A DNA stretch of 64,000 nt from Nitrososphaerota archaeon (GTDB lineage Archaea; Thermoproteota; Nitrososphaeria; Nitrososphaerales; JACQRY01). A model generated the notes under the pieces. It did no database searches. It saw only the letters and a program-made list of their open reading frames with translations, and was not told the origin of the DNA. The position numbers and the translations under genes were made by a program. This document shows, piece by piece, positions 1-10,279 of the stretch; position 1 is the first letter of the stretch; every line of letters begins with the position of its first letter. The stretch lies in assembly GCA_016184315.1 (NCBI GenBank), contig JACPCU010000021.1:10050-74049 (forward strand), written 5' to 3'.

Positions 1-1178
1 CCCATTCTGCCCGGGAAGTTTCTGTTGGTGGTGCTGATGCACACTTCGTTTTTGCGTAGAACACCCATGTGGGCTCCGCAGCAGGCGCCACATGTAGGTG
101 GGCCGATTAATGCGCCAGCTTCCATGAATGTTTGGATTAGGCCTTCCTTCAAGGCTTGCATGTAGATGCTTTGAGCAGCTGGAAGTATTTCGGTTCGAAC
201 CTTGATTTTTCTTCCCTTCATGATTTTGGCGACTTCTCTTAGATCGGTGAGTTTTGCTCCTGTGCATGAGCCTACGTATGCTTTGTCTAGTTCTACGTTG
301 CTGAGCTCGCGGGCTTCAACAACGTTGGCGGGTGAATATGGCTTGGCTACTAAGGGAACAATCTTCTCTCCTTCGTATTCATGGATCTCAGCGTATTCGG
401 CGTTTGGGTCTCCTTGCATTGGGATGAAGGATGCAGAGGTTCTCTCTTTGAGGTATCCTATGGTCTTTTCATCGGGCTCGATGATGCCGTTCTTGGCGCC
501 AGCCTCAGTAGTCATGTTGGTCAGGGTGATCCGTTCATCCATCGCCATTTCTTTTACCGCTGATCCGGCGAACTGCATTGCTTTGTATGCTCCCCCGTCT
601 GTCCCGATGTCCCCAATGATCCTGAGGATAACGTCCTTGGCCATCGTGTAGTCTGGTAGGCGTCCGTTGATCTTGAAGAGCAGGGTTTCAGGAACCCTGA
701 ACCAGATTGTGCCGTTGAGAAGCACGTATGCCACATCGGTGTGCCCCATACCGACAGCGAAGGCTCCTAGCGCACCGGTGGTATTCGTATGTGAGTCCCC
801 TCCTACATAGACTTCTCCAGGGAGAACAAGGGCTTCTTCATGTGAGAGGGTGTGGCAGATGCCGTATTGGCCGAAGCCGTATTTGAAGTGCTTAGCAATA
901 TGGAACCGTTTCACAAAATCCTCTAGGGTGCCTATGTTCTGGGCTGACTGTTTATCAGAACAGGGTACAAAGTGGTCTTCAGCCACCCAGACTCTGCTCG
1001 GATCCCAAAGTCTGTCGATCTTCTTTCCCTCCTTCTCTAAGTCGTGGAATATGGTGGCGACGCCTGGTCCGGAAACATCATGGACCATGACCTTATCGAC
1101 ATCGGCGAAGACCACGTCTCCTGGCGAGACTCTGTCTCTGCCTGAGGCTCTGGCGATTATCTTCTCTGTGATGGTCAT
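1..1178 (-). CDS. Aconitase-family dehydratase large subunit (LeuC/HacA-like 3-isopropylmalate/homoaconitate dehydratase); C-terminal end lies beyond window start
   Basis: Not in ORF track because it has no stop in the window. Own translation of the minus strand from ATG (1178-1176): MTITEKIIARASGRDRVSPGDVVFADVDKVMVHDVSGP...VGGDSHTNTTGALGAFAVGMGHTD...AYVGSCTGAKLTDL...STTNRNFPGRM. These are aconitase-family Fe-S/substrate motifs. Plus-strand ORFs 202..651 and 850..1248 are antisense shadows. Confidence 0.85.
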   Translation of the reverse strand, partial: MTITEKIIARASGRDRVSPGDVVFADVDKVMVHDVSGPGVATIFHDLEKEGKKIDRLWDPSRVWVAEDHFVPCSDKQSAQNIGTLEDFVKRFHIAKHFKYGFGQYGICHTLSHEEALVLPGEVYVGGDSHTNTTGALGAFAVGMGHTDVAYVLLNGTIWFRVPETLLFKINGRLPDYTMAKDVILRIIGDIGTDGGAYKAMQFAGSAVKEMAMDERITLTNMTTEAGAKNGIIEPDEKTIGYLKERTSASFIPMQGDPNAEYAEIHEYEGEKIVPLVAKPYSPANVVEARELSNVELDKAYVGSCTGAKLTDLREVAKIMKGRKIKVRTEILPAAQSIYMQALKEGLIQTFMEAGALIGPPTCGACCGAHMGVLRKNEVCISTTNRNFPGRM

Positions 1179-1318
1179 GCTCAAACTGGGTTTCACTATT
1201 GATAATTCGCTGGTTTCCCGTGATATTAATTCCTTATCCAGCAGTTAGGGGTGGTTGTGCGGTTTGTTTCGGTGGGTTTGAAATCCTTATAATTGGTTTG
1301 GGTGGTGTTTTCGTCGCC

Positions 1319-2551
1319 TTGGATCTGGGTTTTTCTGAGGATGAGGCTATTTTTCGGAAGAACATTCACGAATTTTTTGAGAGGAGGGTTGCTCCTAGCT
1401 GGGTGTCTATAGATGAGCGGGGTGAGATACCTGTAGATTTGCTGAAGGAGTTGGGTAAATCTGGTCTCATTGCCATGCTAGTGTCTCCTGAGTATGGCGG
1501 CCCGGGTTCGTCGATGGTGAGTTCCACTATTGCCTTGGAGGAGGCGGGGTATGCCGATCCCAGTCTGGCTACTGCCGTGTATCTGTTGGTGAGCACTGCT
1601 TGGCCGTATATGGTTCAGCTTTATGGAAGTGAAGAGGCTAAGAGTGAGATTCTTCCGAAAGTGGCTTCTGGGGAGGGTTTCTTCGGGATTGCGAGCACGG
1701 AGGCCCAGGGAGGCTCCGATATAGCTGGCTTCCGAACTATGAGGGCTTCGAGGAGGAAGGATGGCGAGTGGGTCATCACGGGCGAGAAGTCTATTGTTGG
1801 CGGTATGGTTGACGTTGAGCGTCTCCCTTGGGGAGGAGGCTGGTTTCTTATCACTCGCTCAGGGGCTGTGGATGACAGACATCGCTCCCTAACTACATTC
1901 GCGTTTCTTGCGAAGAAGGACGGTAAGAAGGTCGACGGCTATGAGTATCACATCATGGAGGAGGTTGGTAGACACGGAGTGAAGACGGGGTCGATCAGGC
2001 TCTCAGACGTGGCTGTCGATGATAGGTATCGTTTGGGTGAAGTGAACGGAGGCTTCCGGGTTGCCATGCAGGGGTTTAATCTGGCTAGATGCTTGGTGGG
2101 TGCTGCGAGTGTTGGAGCTGCTAGGTGGGCTCTTGACCGTGGACTGGATTGGCTGAAGCAGCGGAATATGAGAGACAGGCCTTTGGCATCGTATCAGGGT
2201 GTAAACTTCAGGTTTGCAGATCTTTACGCGGAGCTGGATGCTGCTAGGCTCTTATGCTATAAGGCCGCATGGCTCGCGGATCGCTACTACTTCAAGAAGG
2301 ATCCCACTGTTAGCGTAAACGACATTGCTGTTGCTTCTGCTTGCGCCAAGCTGAAGGCTCCTGAAGCAGCCTTCCAAGTCTTCCAAGAAGTCATGAAGTG
2401 GCATGGAGGCATGTCTTTCTTCAAGGATCTGCCTTTCCACAGAGGTCTCCTAGGTGTACTAGCATATTTGGTAGGAGCAGAGGGAAGTCAAAACGTGATG
2501 CGCTACCTTATTGCCCGAAACATCATGGGACCGGACTACGTTCCACCGTAA
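1319..2551 (+). CDS. Acyl-CoA dehydrogenase family protein
   Basis: ORF track 1199..2551 (450 aa). The first ~40 aa look non-coding. In-frame TTG at 1319 gives (M)DLGFSEDEAIFRKNIHEFFERRVAPSW, a typical ACAD N-terminus. ACAD-like blocks: GIASTEAQGGSD, NGGFRVAMQGFNLAR, WHGGMSF. The start codon is uncertain. Confidence 0.85.
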   Translation: MDLGFSEDEAIFRKNIHEFFERRVAPSWVSIDERGEIPVDLLKELGKSGLIAMLVSPEYGGPGSSMVSSTIALEEAGYADPSLATAVYLLVSTAWPYMVQLYGSEEAKSEILPKVASGEGFFGIASTEAQGGSDIAGFRTMRASRRKDGEWVITGEKSIVGGMVDVERLPWGGGWFLITRSGAVDDRHRSLTTFAFLAKKDGKKVDGYEYHIMEEVGRHGVKTGSIRLSDVAVDDRYRLGEVNGGFRVAMQGFNLARCLVGAASVGAARWALDRGLDWLKQRNMRDRPLASYQGVNFRFADLYAELDAARLLCYKAAWLADRYYFKKDPTVSVNDIAVASACAKLKAPEAAFQVFQEVMKWHGGMSFFKDLPFHRGLLGVLAYLVGAEGSQNVMRYLIARNIMGPDYVPP

Positions 2552-2599
2552 GCTCATACCATGCTTCATCACAATGCGTTAAATATGTTTAAACGGTCT

Positions 2600-2998
2600 T
2601 CACAAAACGTGCAGGAGTCTTAGTACCCAGTCTATCAGGGTCTTATCTATTACAATGCCGACGAGATTTTCGTTTTTGACGACGGGCAGACGCCTTATCT
2701 TCTTCTCGTGCATTAGCATGAACGCTTTGAGTATTGCGGTGTCAGGTGTAACTGTTGTCACTGGGCTCGACATTAATCGTAGGACAGGCACATCAGGTAT
2801 CTGCCAGTCTGCCCTGCAGCGTGTAAGAACATCTCGTTCGGTGAATATGCCTATGGGCTTCATGCTCTTGACGACTATGAGTGCTCCGATGTTTTTCTCG
2901 GCCATGATCTTTATGGCGGAGCGGACATTCGTCTCTGGACTCACTGTTTCAGCATCTTTGATCATGATTTGACCAACGGTGCTGGGTATCTCTGACAT
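2600..2998 (-). CDS. CBS-domain pair protein
   Basis: 132 aa with two CBS repeats (VGQIMIKDAETVSPETNVRSAIKIMAEKNIGALIVV...GIFTERDV; LMSSPVTTVTPDTAILKAFMLMHEKKIRRLPVV...LVGIVIDKTL). Confidence 0.8.
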   Translation of the reverse strand: MSEIPSTVGQIMIKDAETVSPETNVRSAIKIMAEKNIGALIVVKSMKPIGIFTERDVLTRCRADWQIPDVPVLRLMSSPVTTVTPDTAILKAFMLMHEKKIRRLPVVKNENLVGIVIDKTLIDWVLRLLHVL

Positions 2999-3069
2999 TT
3001 CTTGCGGAGAGAACTCAGCTGGCTGTTTATATCGTTTGTATTGAATCTTCTTGCGCGGACTTGCAGTAG

Positions 3070-4524
3070 CTAGTTTTCCACTGTCACATTCACTGGTACT
3101 AGCCTAGTTACTCCTCCGTAGGCGGCTCCCACCATCAGGGTGTACATGCCTTCTTGCAGTGTCTGGGCGGCTGAGAGTCGTAGAATGTAGCCTGTTCGGG
3201 TGTCGCTTGAAAGGGCCTGACTGGGCTCAAAGGTGGCTGTCATGTTCCTTAGGTTGCCCGTGACCGAGAAGGTTCCTGCAATGATGGTCTGAGGCCTAGC
3301 AGACTCACCCACTGTAGACACGATGACACCTAGCTGGGCTGAACCGCCTTTAGTAAGTTTCACCGATTGTTGCTGGACCGTTATGTCAAAGGGGATTGGA
3401 GTATTAGGGTCTATGACGCCGATCTTGTTTTCGCTCCACTCTGTGAACCATATCTTTCCATCGGGTGCTAAGGCCAGTTGAAGTACGTTAGCGATGTCGC
3501 CCCACTCAGGGTTAGCAGTGGGCACATCATATTCCACCAGCTGATTCAACGAAGGGTCGAAGTATGATATTCGGTTGCCTTGATGCTGGTTGAACCATAT
3601 TCTTCCTTTCTGATCTATGTCGCCCCAGTAGGGGAGGGAAACGACGTGCTTGGTGGTGCTTACCGAAGTGGCGTAGACGTTGGTGACGTTGAGGGCGGGG
3701 TCGAATAAGGCGAAGAAGTTGCTTCCGTGATCCGTGATCAGTAACCTTCCTGACGGGTCAAGAGTGATTCCGACTGGAGACTTGATCTCGGGGGGCAGGT
3801 TGAAGCCTTGGAATCTGTTTGCAGAGGGGTCGAAGTAGCCCACTTTTCCCGCGAAGGGGAATGTAAGCATGGTGAACCAGATTCTTCCCTTCGAGTCTCC
3901 AGTCAATCCGCCCACCGTCTCAAGTCTCTCTGGAGGAGTTAGCTCGTCGATTCCCTCTGAAGTCCCTGCTTTGACTTGGGCGGGGTTGATTCTGCCCAGC
4001 TTGTTTCCCAAGGCTTCACTGAACCAGACCGCTTGATCCTCGGCGACATATATCTGGACGGGGAAGCTTTCCTTGGTGGGGATCAAATACTTCTCGAAGT
4101 CTTTGGAAGCAGGGTCGAATCTCCAAACCGCGTTGCCAGCCACATCTGTAAACCAGATTCTTCCAGTCTTGTCGAAGCTCATGCTCCAAATCTCGGTGGC
4201 CTCGTTTCCGCTGATTGGGATCTTGAACTCTGCAAAGCTCTTGTCACTAGGATTGAAGCGGGCTATCTTCCCCTCCCTAGTCAGAGCTAGCCAAATATTT
4301 CCCTGCAGATCAGCAATTATGCCAAGGGGTTGGGAGCAGGTGCTGGGGATCAGATGCTCCTGCACGAACTGGTTCGAATTGACGACACCAGAGCCGCATA
4401 CCCTCTTTTTCTCCAATTCATCCTGTTTCGGCTCTGCCGAACGGGGAGCAAACAGAAATGCCAGTGTTGAGACTGCGAGGATCGCGATGACAGCTACAAC
4501 CAGAACCTTGCGACGCTGACGCAC
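3070..4524 (-). CDS. Secreted or membrane-anchored beta-propeller protein with Vgb (streptogramin-lyase, COG4257)-like repeats and a C-terminal Ig-like domain
   Basis: N-terminal hydrophobic helix (VLVVAVIAILAVSTLAFLF). Repeated blades of type G(R/K)IWFT(D/E)...N.(I/V)(G/W)R(F/I)(D/N)P, e.g. GRIWFTDVAGNAVWRFDP, AVWFSEALGNKLGRINP, GKIWFTEWSENKIGVIDP. The C-terminal ~100 aa are beta-rich. Confidence 0.6.
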   Translation of the reverse strand: MRQRRKVLVVAVIAILAVSTLAFLFAPRSAEPKQDELEKKRVCGSGVVNSNQFVQEHLIPSTCSQPLGIIADLQGNIWLALTREGKIARFNPSDKSFAEFKIPISGNEATEIWSMSFDKTGRIWFTDVAGNAVWRFDPASKDFEKYLIPTKESFPVQIYVAEDQAVWFSEALGNKLGRINPAQVKAGTSEGIDELTPPERLETVGGLTGDSKGRIWFTMLTFPFAGKVGYFDPSANRFQGFNLPPEIKSPVGITLDPSGRLLITDHGSNFFALFDPALNVTNVYATSVSTTKHVVSLPYWGDIDQKGRIWFNQHQGNRISYFDPSLNQLVEYDVPTANPEWGDIANVLQLALAPDGKIWFTEWSENKIGVIDPNTPIPFDITVQQQSVKLTKGGSAQLGVIVSTVGESARPQTIIAGTFSVTGNLRNMTATFEPSQALSSDTRTGYILRLSAAQTLQEGMYTLMVGAAYGGVTRLVPVNVTVEN

Positions 4525-4740
4525 CTACGATCGCCTCTTATCTAAGCGCAACCGAGTTTAGGCTCGTAGATGAATCTTCCCTTATGCGTTTCCGATAGCT
4601 GTGCGGGCAACGGTCAGCATCTTGCACTTTATATTGTAAGGGGGGTTTCTACACATGCGCATCTCAAAGAGTTATCAGAACTCCCTATGGCCTAGTCCAG
4701 AACACATAAAACCATGTCAAAGAATAAGGGCTGATTAGAT

Positions 4741-5148
4741 ATGGATGCAAGTTACTCTAATCGCCCCCCGAAGACAGTGGCGTTCATATCGACTCTCTCA
4801 GTGCTATGGGGCGGATTCCTCGTCTTCATCGGAGTCTTGGGAGCGGTGTCAGCAACATTCCTCAAGACTGTGCAGCCTACTGTCCCCTACCTTATCGCGG
4901 TAGCCATAGGCACAGGAGCACTGCAGGTCACCGCGGGATTCAAGTTGAAGAGCCTCAGACCCATCGGGTTCTGGATCATGGTTTCAGCAGTAGTGGTCAA
5001 CATACTGTTTTCCACAGTAGGACTCATAACAGGGGTTCAAGAGACTTCAGGGGTAATCCTCTCTTTTCTCGTTAATGGCTTCATCGCCGTTTATCTGGCT
5101 GTGAAACGGCAGCTATTCAGAATCCGATCGAACAGGTCAGCTATCTAA
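4741..5148 (+). CDS. Small integral membrane protein (about 4 TM), unknown function
   Basis: 135 aa with four hydrophobic segments (FISTLSVLWGGFLVFIGVLGAV, YLIAVAIGTGALQVTAGF, IGFWIMVSAVVVNILFSTVGLI, VILSFLVNGFIAVYLAV). No recognisable family. Confidence 0.45.
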   Translation: MDASYSNRPPKTVAFISTLSVLWGGFLVFIGVLGAVSATFLKTVQPTVPYLIAVAIGTGALQVTAGFKLKSLRPIGFWIMVSAVVVNILFSTVGLITGVQETSGVILSFLVNGFIAVYLAVKRQLFRIRSNRSAI

Positions 5149-5154
5149 CATCGC

Positions 5155-6453
5155 CTACTGCGGTGTTTTAGCCACCCTTGCCGCTACTTCATCTATAGGC
5201 AGCGTTTCCTCTTTGCCGCTCACCATGTCTTTTAAGACGACTTTGCCCTCCTGAAACTCCCTCGGGGCAACTATGACGACATACGGAACCTTTGTTGAAG
5301 AAGCATGTTCAAGCTGGTGGCGGAGTCCCCTGCCCATCATCTCAAGTTCAGTGGAGACACCAAGCCCTCTAAGCTTAGAGGCCAGCTTTGAAGCTTCAGC
5401 GGCCATCTGCTTAGCCACATAAGCCACGAAAACCTTTACGCCGCTGTCCCCCATGGATCCGCCACGGTTCCTGATGGCAAGAATCATCCTATCCACTCCA
5501 CCTGCAGCACCAGTAGCCGCCACATCAGGTCTACCGAAGGCAGCCGGCAAACTGTCGTATCTTCCTCCGCCGCAGAGGGCTCCTAGATCAGGAGTGGCAG
5601 GGTCATAGACCTCGAAGACTATGCCAGTATAGTAATCTAGACCCCTCACGACCCCCATGTTCAAATCGACGTTCACGATTCTCCTAGACTTCAAAGAATC
5701 CAAGAGTCTGCTCAAATTGCCCTGAGTGTCCAACCCTTCCTTCTCTAGAGCAGACAAAACCTTGTCTGCTTCACCACGAATCATTCCAAAATCCATCACT
5801 CTCCGCACAACATTAGCGTCCAACCCTTTTCCAGAATACTCTCTTACGATTTCTTCTTCGCTCTTCTTAGAAGCCTTGTCCAACGCCCTCAGCAGCTCAA
5901 GTATGGCATCGGTTTCGCTTATCCCCAGCTTTTTCCTGAGAAACTCCTCCGCTACCCTTCTGTCACCGACCTGTATCTTAACGTCCCCTAGGCCGAGTCT
6001 GCTGAAGACTCTGGAGATTAACTCAATGATCTCCGCATCAGCCTCCACTCCCTGCGCGCCGAAGATCTCAGCGTCCCACTGGTAGAACCACCGGAACCTT
6101 CCGTGCTGAGGCTCATCATACCTCCACATGCTTGAAAACGCAGCTAGCTTCAGAGGCATGCTCAGATCGCGGCGGGAAGCAACGAACCTCGTCAAGCCCA
6201 CTGTAAGATCAAAGCGGAGCCCCACGTCTCTGCCGCCCTTATCAGTGAAATGGTAGATCTCTTCACGTATCCCCGCGCCGCTCTTAGCCTCCAAGGTGCT
6301 CAACAATTCAAGGGGAGAAGGCTCCATCTGTCTGAAGCCCAGGATACGACAGGTCTCAGAGAAAGCATCTCTGACCTTCTGGAGCAGGATGTAGTCGTCA
6401 GGCTCGATGTCCCGCATTCCCCTAGGGAGACCTAGATCCAAAAGATTCCGCAC
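5155..6453 (-). CDS. hisS: Histidine--tRNA ligase
   Basis: 432 aa. N-terminal PRGMRD, class II motif 2 region (MWRYDEPQHGRFRWFYQWDAEIFG), motif 3 (GGGRYD), C-terminal anticodon-binding domain. Confidence 0.92.
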   Translation of the reverse strand: MRNLLDLGLPRGMRDIEPDDYILLQKVRDAFSETCRILGFRQMEPSPLELLSTLEAKSGAGIREEIYHFTDKGGRDVGLRFDLTVGLTRFVASRRDLSMPLKLAAFSSMWRYDEPQHGRFRWFYQWDAEIFGAQGVEADAEIIELISRVFSRLGLGDVKIQVGDRRVAEEFLRKKLGISETDAILELLRALDKASKKSEEEIVREYSGKGLDANVVRRVMDFGMIRGEADKVLSALEKEGLDTQGNLSRLLDSLKSRRIVNVDLNMGVVRGLDYYTGIVFEVYDPATPDLGALCGGGRYDSLPAAFGRPDVAATGAAGGVDRMILAIRNRGGSMGDSGVKVFVAYVAKQMAAEASKLASKLRGLGVSTELEMMGRGLRHQLEHASSTKVPYVVIVAPREFQEGKVVLKDMVSGKEETLPIDEVAARVAKTPQ

Positions 6454-6458
6454 ACTCT

Positions 6459-7475
6459 CTACTGTTTCTTAGCTGTTGCTGCCCTCGTCTTCACAGCTTC
6501 AGCCTTGAAGCCCATTTCCCTGCCTATTCTGCCCAGCTCAGCGAGGAGAGCCGCCAACTGCACCTCAGCCCGAGCACCGACCGCCAGCCTGTAATCGTAT
6601 TTCGCCAACACTTCTGCCACTTCACCAACACTTGGAAGACCCAGGTTCAACAGTTCCTCAGAGCTGTACTTCAGAAAATCCTTCTCTGGCATACCATAAA
6701 CGCTGATCAGCTCAACGAGCCCGCTCCTAGACCCAGAAAAATCGCCTTCCAACGCTCTTGTAACCACTTCTTTCACCCTGGCTTTGCCCGACAAACCTAT
6801 AGCTTTCCTCACACCGTCAGCAGTAACCTCGCCGCCCATGGCCACAGCTTGAAGCAGGTTCAAAGCATGCCTCATATCCCCCCCGGTCAACTCGAAGATA
6901 GCCTCAAGAGCCTCTCTTCCTACTTTGACGCCTTCTGTCTTGCAGATCTCCTCAAGCCTCCCCGCTACATCTTCCAACCCGAGCCGGGAGAAATGGAAGA
7001 CGGCGCACCTGCTCTGAATAGGCTCAATTATCCCCGAAGAGTAATTAGCTATCAGAATAAACCTGCATATGCGCGAACTATCTTCAATAACTCTTCTCAA
7101 AGCTGTTTGAGCAGCAGAAGTCATCTCATCCGCCTCATCAAGAATGATGATGCGGAAGGGTACATCCACCCTCCTATCCACGTATCTGGCGAAGGTCTTC
7201 ACCCTTTGACGGACAGTGTCGATTCCACGTTCGTCGGAAGCATTCAAATCTAATGTGAAATCCCTCCAGTAATCACCCAGAATCACCCTGGCTGCGCATA
7301 GAGCTGCAGTGGTCTTACCTGTTCCCGGGGGCCCAGCGAAGAGCAGATGAGGCATATCCTGAGGCTTCTTAGCCATCTGGATAAGTCTCCCAACAGAGGC
7401 CTCTTGGTTCACAATATCCTCAAGTCTCTGGGGCCTATACTTCTCAACCCACATCAGACTCTCCGTTTCAGACAT
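6459..7475 (-). CDS. rfcS: Replication factor C small subunit
   Basis: 338 aa. WVEKYRP box, Walker A GPPGTGKTT, Walker B ILDEADEMT, SRC motif (QSRCAVFHF). No intein. Confidence 0.92.
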   Translation of the reverse strand: MSETESLMWVEKYRPQRLEDIVNQEASVGRLIQMAKKPQDMPHLLFAGPPGTGKTTAALCAARVILGDYWRDFTLDLNASDERGIDTVRQRVKTFARYVDRRVDVPFRIIILDEADEMTSAAQTALRRVIEDSSRICRFILIANYSSGIIEPIQSRCAVFHFSRLGLEDVAGRLEEICKTEGVKVGREALEAIFELTGGDMRHALNLLQAVAMGGEVTADGVRKAIGLSGKARVKEVVTRALEGDFSGSRSGLVELISVYGMPEKDFLKYSSEELLNLGLPSVGEVAEVLAKYDYRLAVGARAEVQLAALLAELGRIGREMGFKAEAVKTRAATAKKQ

Positions 7476-7649
7476 CCCATCTGGGCCTCCTGAACATTAC
7501 TCCAACCTTCACCGGCTCCGCTGCGTTATAATAAGTTTGAGTCTCCAACGAAGAATAATCAGTCAAAGACCAAACGATGAACAAATCAAACTATGCCTAA
7601 CGTCTCAACAAGGCTGTGCAAAGATTAAAGTCTAGGCTCATGGGATCCA

Positions 7650-8219
7650 GTGTCAGTTCAAAGTATGACCTTGGAAGACGCGGATGTAGCGAAATACCTC
7701 AAAGACCGTGAGCTAAGCTACCTACTCAGACCAGTACGGATACACTTCACCAAGACACCGGAATCTGATGCCGAGGGTGAAGAGGAACGGCCTCTACAAG
7801 GAACCAGAGACATACCTCGATGGCAAGCCGAGGTCTACGCCGAGGAAGGAGCAGCACAGATTGATGAAGAGAGTTTCGAAGTTGAGCTTTCAAAGACCGC
7901 CAGCCGAGAAAGAATACAGGGCAGGGATCAGATAGCTGCCTTAAACCCTGACTTCTACCTCAAGATGCGCCGCCACTTAGTATCTCTGAAAGCTAAGGCT
8001 GAGGGAAACGGAGCCAACATGGAGGATTACAGGCGCAACAGCATGGTCGCCTACGATCTACTTACCATTAGGCTCGGAAAGATACTGAGGTTTGCAGCTT
8101 CAAGTTCCATCCCCCAAGACCTTTTGGCTAAGATCACTCCAGAGGAGAAACTGTTCTTGGAGCATGTGCACCGGAAGGTTGACGGTTGGAGGAAAGCTGT
8201 TTTGGACGGTGCTGAGTAA
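7650..8219 (+). CDS. Putative GINS subunit (Gins23-type domain order), immediately upstream of mcm
   Basis: 189 aa whose stop abuts the mcm start (8219/8220). The C-terminal helical part (LNPDFYLKMRRHLVSLKAKA...DLLTIRLGKILRFAASS...ITPEEKLFLEHV) resembles the GINS A-domain. The beta-rich part is N-terminal. Assigned from motif resemblance and synteny only. The start may be ATG at 7665. Confidence 0.45.
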   Translation: MSVQSMTLEDADVAKYLKDRELSYLLRPVRIHFTKTPESDAEGEEERPLQGTRDIPRWQAEVYAEEGAAQIDEESFEVELSKTASRERIQGRDQIAALNPDFYLKMRRHLVSLKAKAEGNGANMEDYRRNSMVAYDLLTIRLGKILRFAASSSIPQDLLAKITPEEKLFLEHVHRKVDGWRKAVLDGAE

Positions 8220-10262
8220 ATGGCTTTGACTCAATCCAAGCTGGCAGAGCAACTGGAATCATTTCTCAAGGGCTTCAAGGAGCGGGGAGGAGCATCCAAG
8301 TACCGCAACAGGGTTTCAGAGATGCCGGCTTCAGCCACGAAGTCGGTAGTAGTGGACTACGATGATCTAGCCAAATTTGATGTAGAACTCGGAGAAATGA
8401 TCATCCAGAAGCCCGACGACATTTTTCCCGCATTCAAGTCTGCCCTCTACGAGGCTCTCCGAACAGAAAACGCGTCCTACGCTGAATCCATCAGACGCCA
8501 ACTAGCAGTGCGAGTAAGAAGCATCCCTGAAACCATCCACCTAAGACTCGTAACTTCAGAGCATCTGGATCGCCTTATCGCCGTTACAGGAATGGTAGTA
8601 CGAGCCTCAGAGCTGAAACCTATGGCTGTTAGAGCAGCCTTCGCATGCAGAAAATGCGGCAACATCAACATGGTCGAGCAGGACACCATGCTGCTGAAGA
8701 GGCCGTCCAAATGCGAGCAGTGTGACGAGGTGAAGAGACTCGAATTAGACGAGAAGAGAACCGAGTTCATCGACTACCAAGTCCTGCGCCTACAGGAGCT
8801 GCCTGAAGAGCTGCCCCCCGGCCAACTACCTCAATATTTCGACATAGATTTGGTAGGAGACACAGTGAACGCCGCTAGACCAGGTGACCGTGTCAACCTC
8901 ACAGGCATAGTTAGAGCTGAGGCGGAGTACTCTCAGAGCGCAGGCAGACTCAGAATCTTCAGGTCCCGGATAGATGCGAACTATGTGCAAGTCATTGGGC
9001 GAGAGGCAGACCAGATACAGCTCACCAGGGAAGACGAGGATCTGATAAAGAGGATAGCTCGCCGCACAGAAGCCTACCAACAGCTAATTACATCAATTTC
9101 ACCCTCCATACACGGCTTCGAAACCCAGAAAGAAGCCATACTACTCCAAATGGTCAGCGCACCCCAGAAAACCCTACCAGACGGCACCACCATTAGAGGA
9201 GACATCAACGTTCTCATGGTGGGAGACCCCGGTACAGCGAAATCAGAGCTGCTGAAGTACAGTGCTAGGATTGCTCCCCGAGGCCTCTACACTTCAGGCA
9301 GAGGATCTACTGCTGCAGGTTTGACTGCGGCGGTGGTTAGGGAGAAAAACGGAATGATGATGCTGGAGGCGGGAGCCGTGGTCTTGGCGGATCAAGGGGT
9401 AGCCTGTATAGATGAATTTGACAAGATGAGGACTGAGGATCGTAATGCACTCCACGAGTGCATGGAGCAGCAGACCTGCAGCGTAGCCAAAGGCGGAATC
9501 GTCGCAACTCTTAACGCAAGAACGTCTATCCTCGCAGCCTCCAACCCCGTCCTCGGAAAATACGATCCCTTCAGAAACATTTCTGACAACGTGAATCTCC
9601 CTATTCCACTGTTAACCAGGTTCGACTTGATCTTCGTGGTTAGAGACGTTCCCGATAGGGCCTCAGACGAAAGAGTAGCAAAACATATTCTCACTATTCA
9701 CAGGAAGGGAACCTTCGCTTCGCCTCCGCCCCTAGACTTCGACGTGCTGAGGAAATACTTGATCTACTCGAAGAAAGTTGAACCGGTGATCACAAAGGAG
9801 GCTGAAGAGAGGATACTGGAGTATTACCTGCAGATGCGTGGAGTAGGCTCAGACAACATGATCACCGTGACCCCGAGGCAGCTGGAAGCCTTGATCCGTC
9901 TGGCAACCGCTAGGGCAAGGCTCCTGCTGAGAGAGAAGGTCACCGAGGATGACGCTCTGCACGCTATAGGATTGATGAGAAGGATGCTTGAAACCGTCGG
10001 CGTAGATGTGAAAAGCGGGAAGGTGGATATGGGCGTCTTCCACGGCAAGCCCCTCAGTGAACGTAACCTGCTGGAGACTGCTTTGGACATATTCAAGACC
10101 CTTGAAGGCGCCCAGAAGAACCCTGTTGACGGTAAAGTCTTCGTGCAGGAACTTGTGAAGACAGGGAGATTCACCGAAGAGGACGCCAAACGCATGCTTA
10201 ACAGCCTATACAGAAGCGGCCAAATATACGAAGTCAAGACAGGGTTCTACAGAAAGATCTAG
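8220..10262 (+). CDS. mcm: MCM replicative helicase
   Basis: 680 aa. Zn finger CRKCGN...CEQC, Walker A GDPGTAKS, Walker B CIDEFDKM, SILAASNP, arginine-finger region LLTRFDLIFVV, C-terminal winged-helix. No intein. Confidence 0.95.
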   Translation: MALTQSKLAEQLESFLKGFKERGGASKYRNRVSEMPASATKSVVVDYDDLAKFDVELGEMIIQKPDDIFPAFKSALYEALRTENASYAESIRRQLAVRVRSIPETIHLRLVTSEHLDRLIAVTGMVVRASELKPMAVRAAFACRKCGNINMVEQDTMLLKRPSKCEQCDEVKRLELDEKRTEFIDYQVLRLQELPEELPPGQLPQYFDIDLVGDTVNAARPGDRVNLTGIVRAEAEYSQSAGRLRIFRSRIDANYVQVIGREADQIQLTREDEDLIKRIARRTEAYQQLITSISPSIHGFETQKEAILLQMVSAPQKTLPDGTTIRGDINVLMVGDPGTAKSELLKYSARIAPRGLYTSGRGSTAAGLTAAVVREKNGMMMLEAGAVVLADQGVACIDEFDKMRTEDRNALHECMEQQTCSVAKGGIVATLNARTSILAASNPVLGKYDPFRNISDNVNLPIPLLTRFDLIFVVRDVPDRASDERVAKHILTIHRKGTFASPPPLDFDVLRKYLIYSKKVEPVITKEAEERILEYYLQMRGVGSDNMITVTPRQLEALIRLATARARLLLREKVTEDDALHAIGLMRRMLETVGVDVKSGKVDMGVFHGKPLSERNLLETALDIFKTLEGAQKNPVDGKVFVQELVKTGRFTEEDAKRMLNSLYRSGQIYEVKTGFYRKI

Positions 10263-10279
10263 GTGAAATCATCTAAGCC

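Noticed and set aside
202-1248. Plus-strand ORFs 202..651 (149 aa) and 850..1248 (132 aa)
   Set aside because: They are antisense to a clearly coding aconitase-family gene (1..1178, minus). Their translations are S/L/P-rich with no motifs, so they are shadow ORFs.
6459-10262. Inteins in RFC or MCM
   Set aside because: Both proteins have normal lengths (338 and 680 aa). The Walker A/B regions are contiguous, with no Hint or homing-endonuclease blocks.
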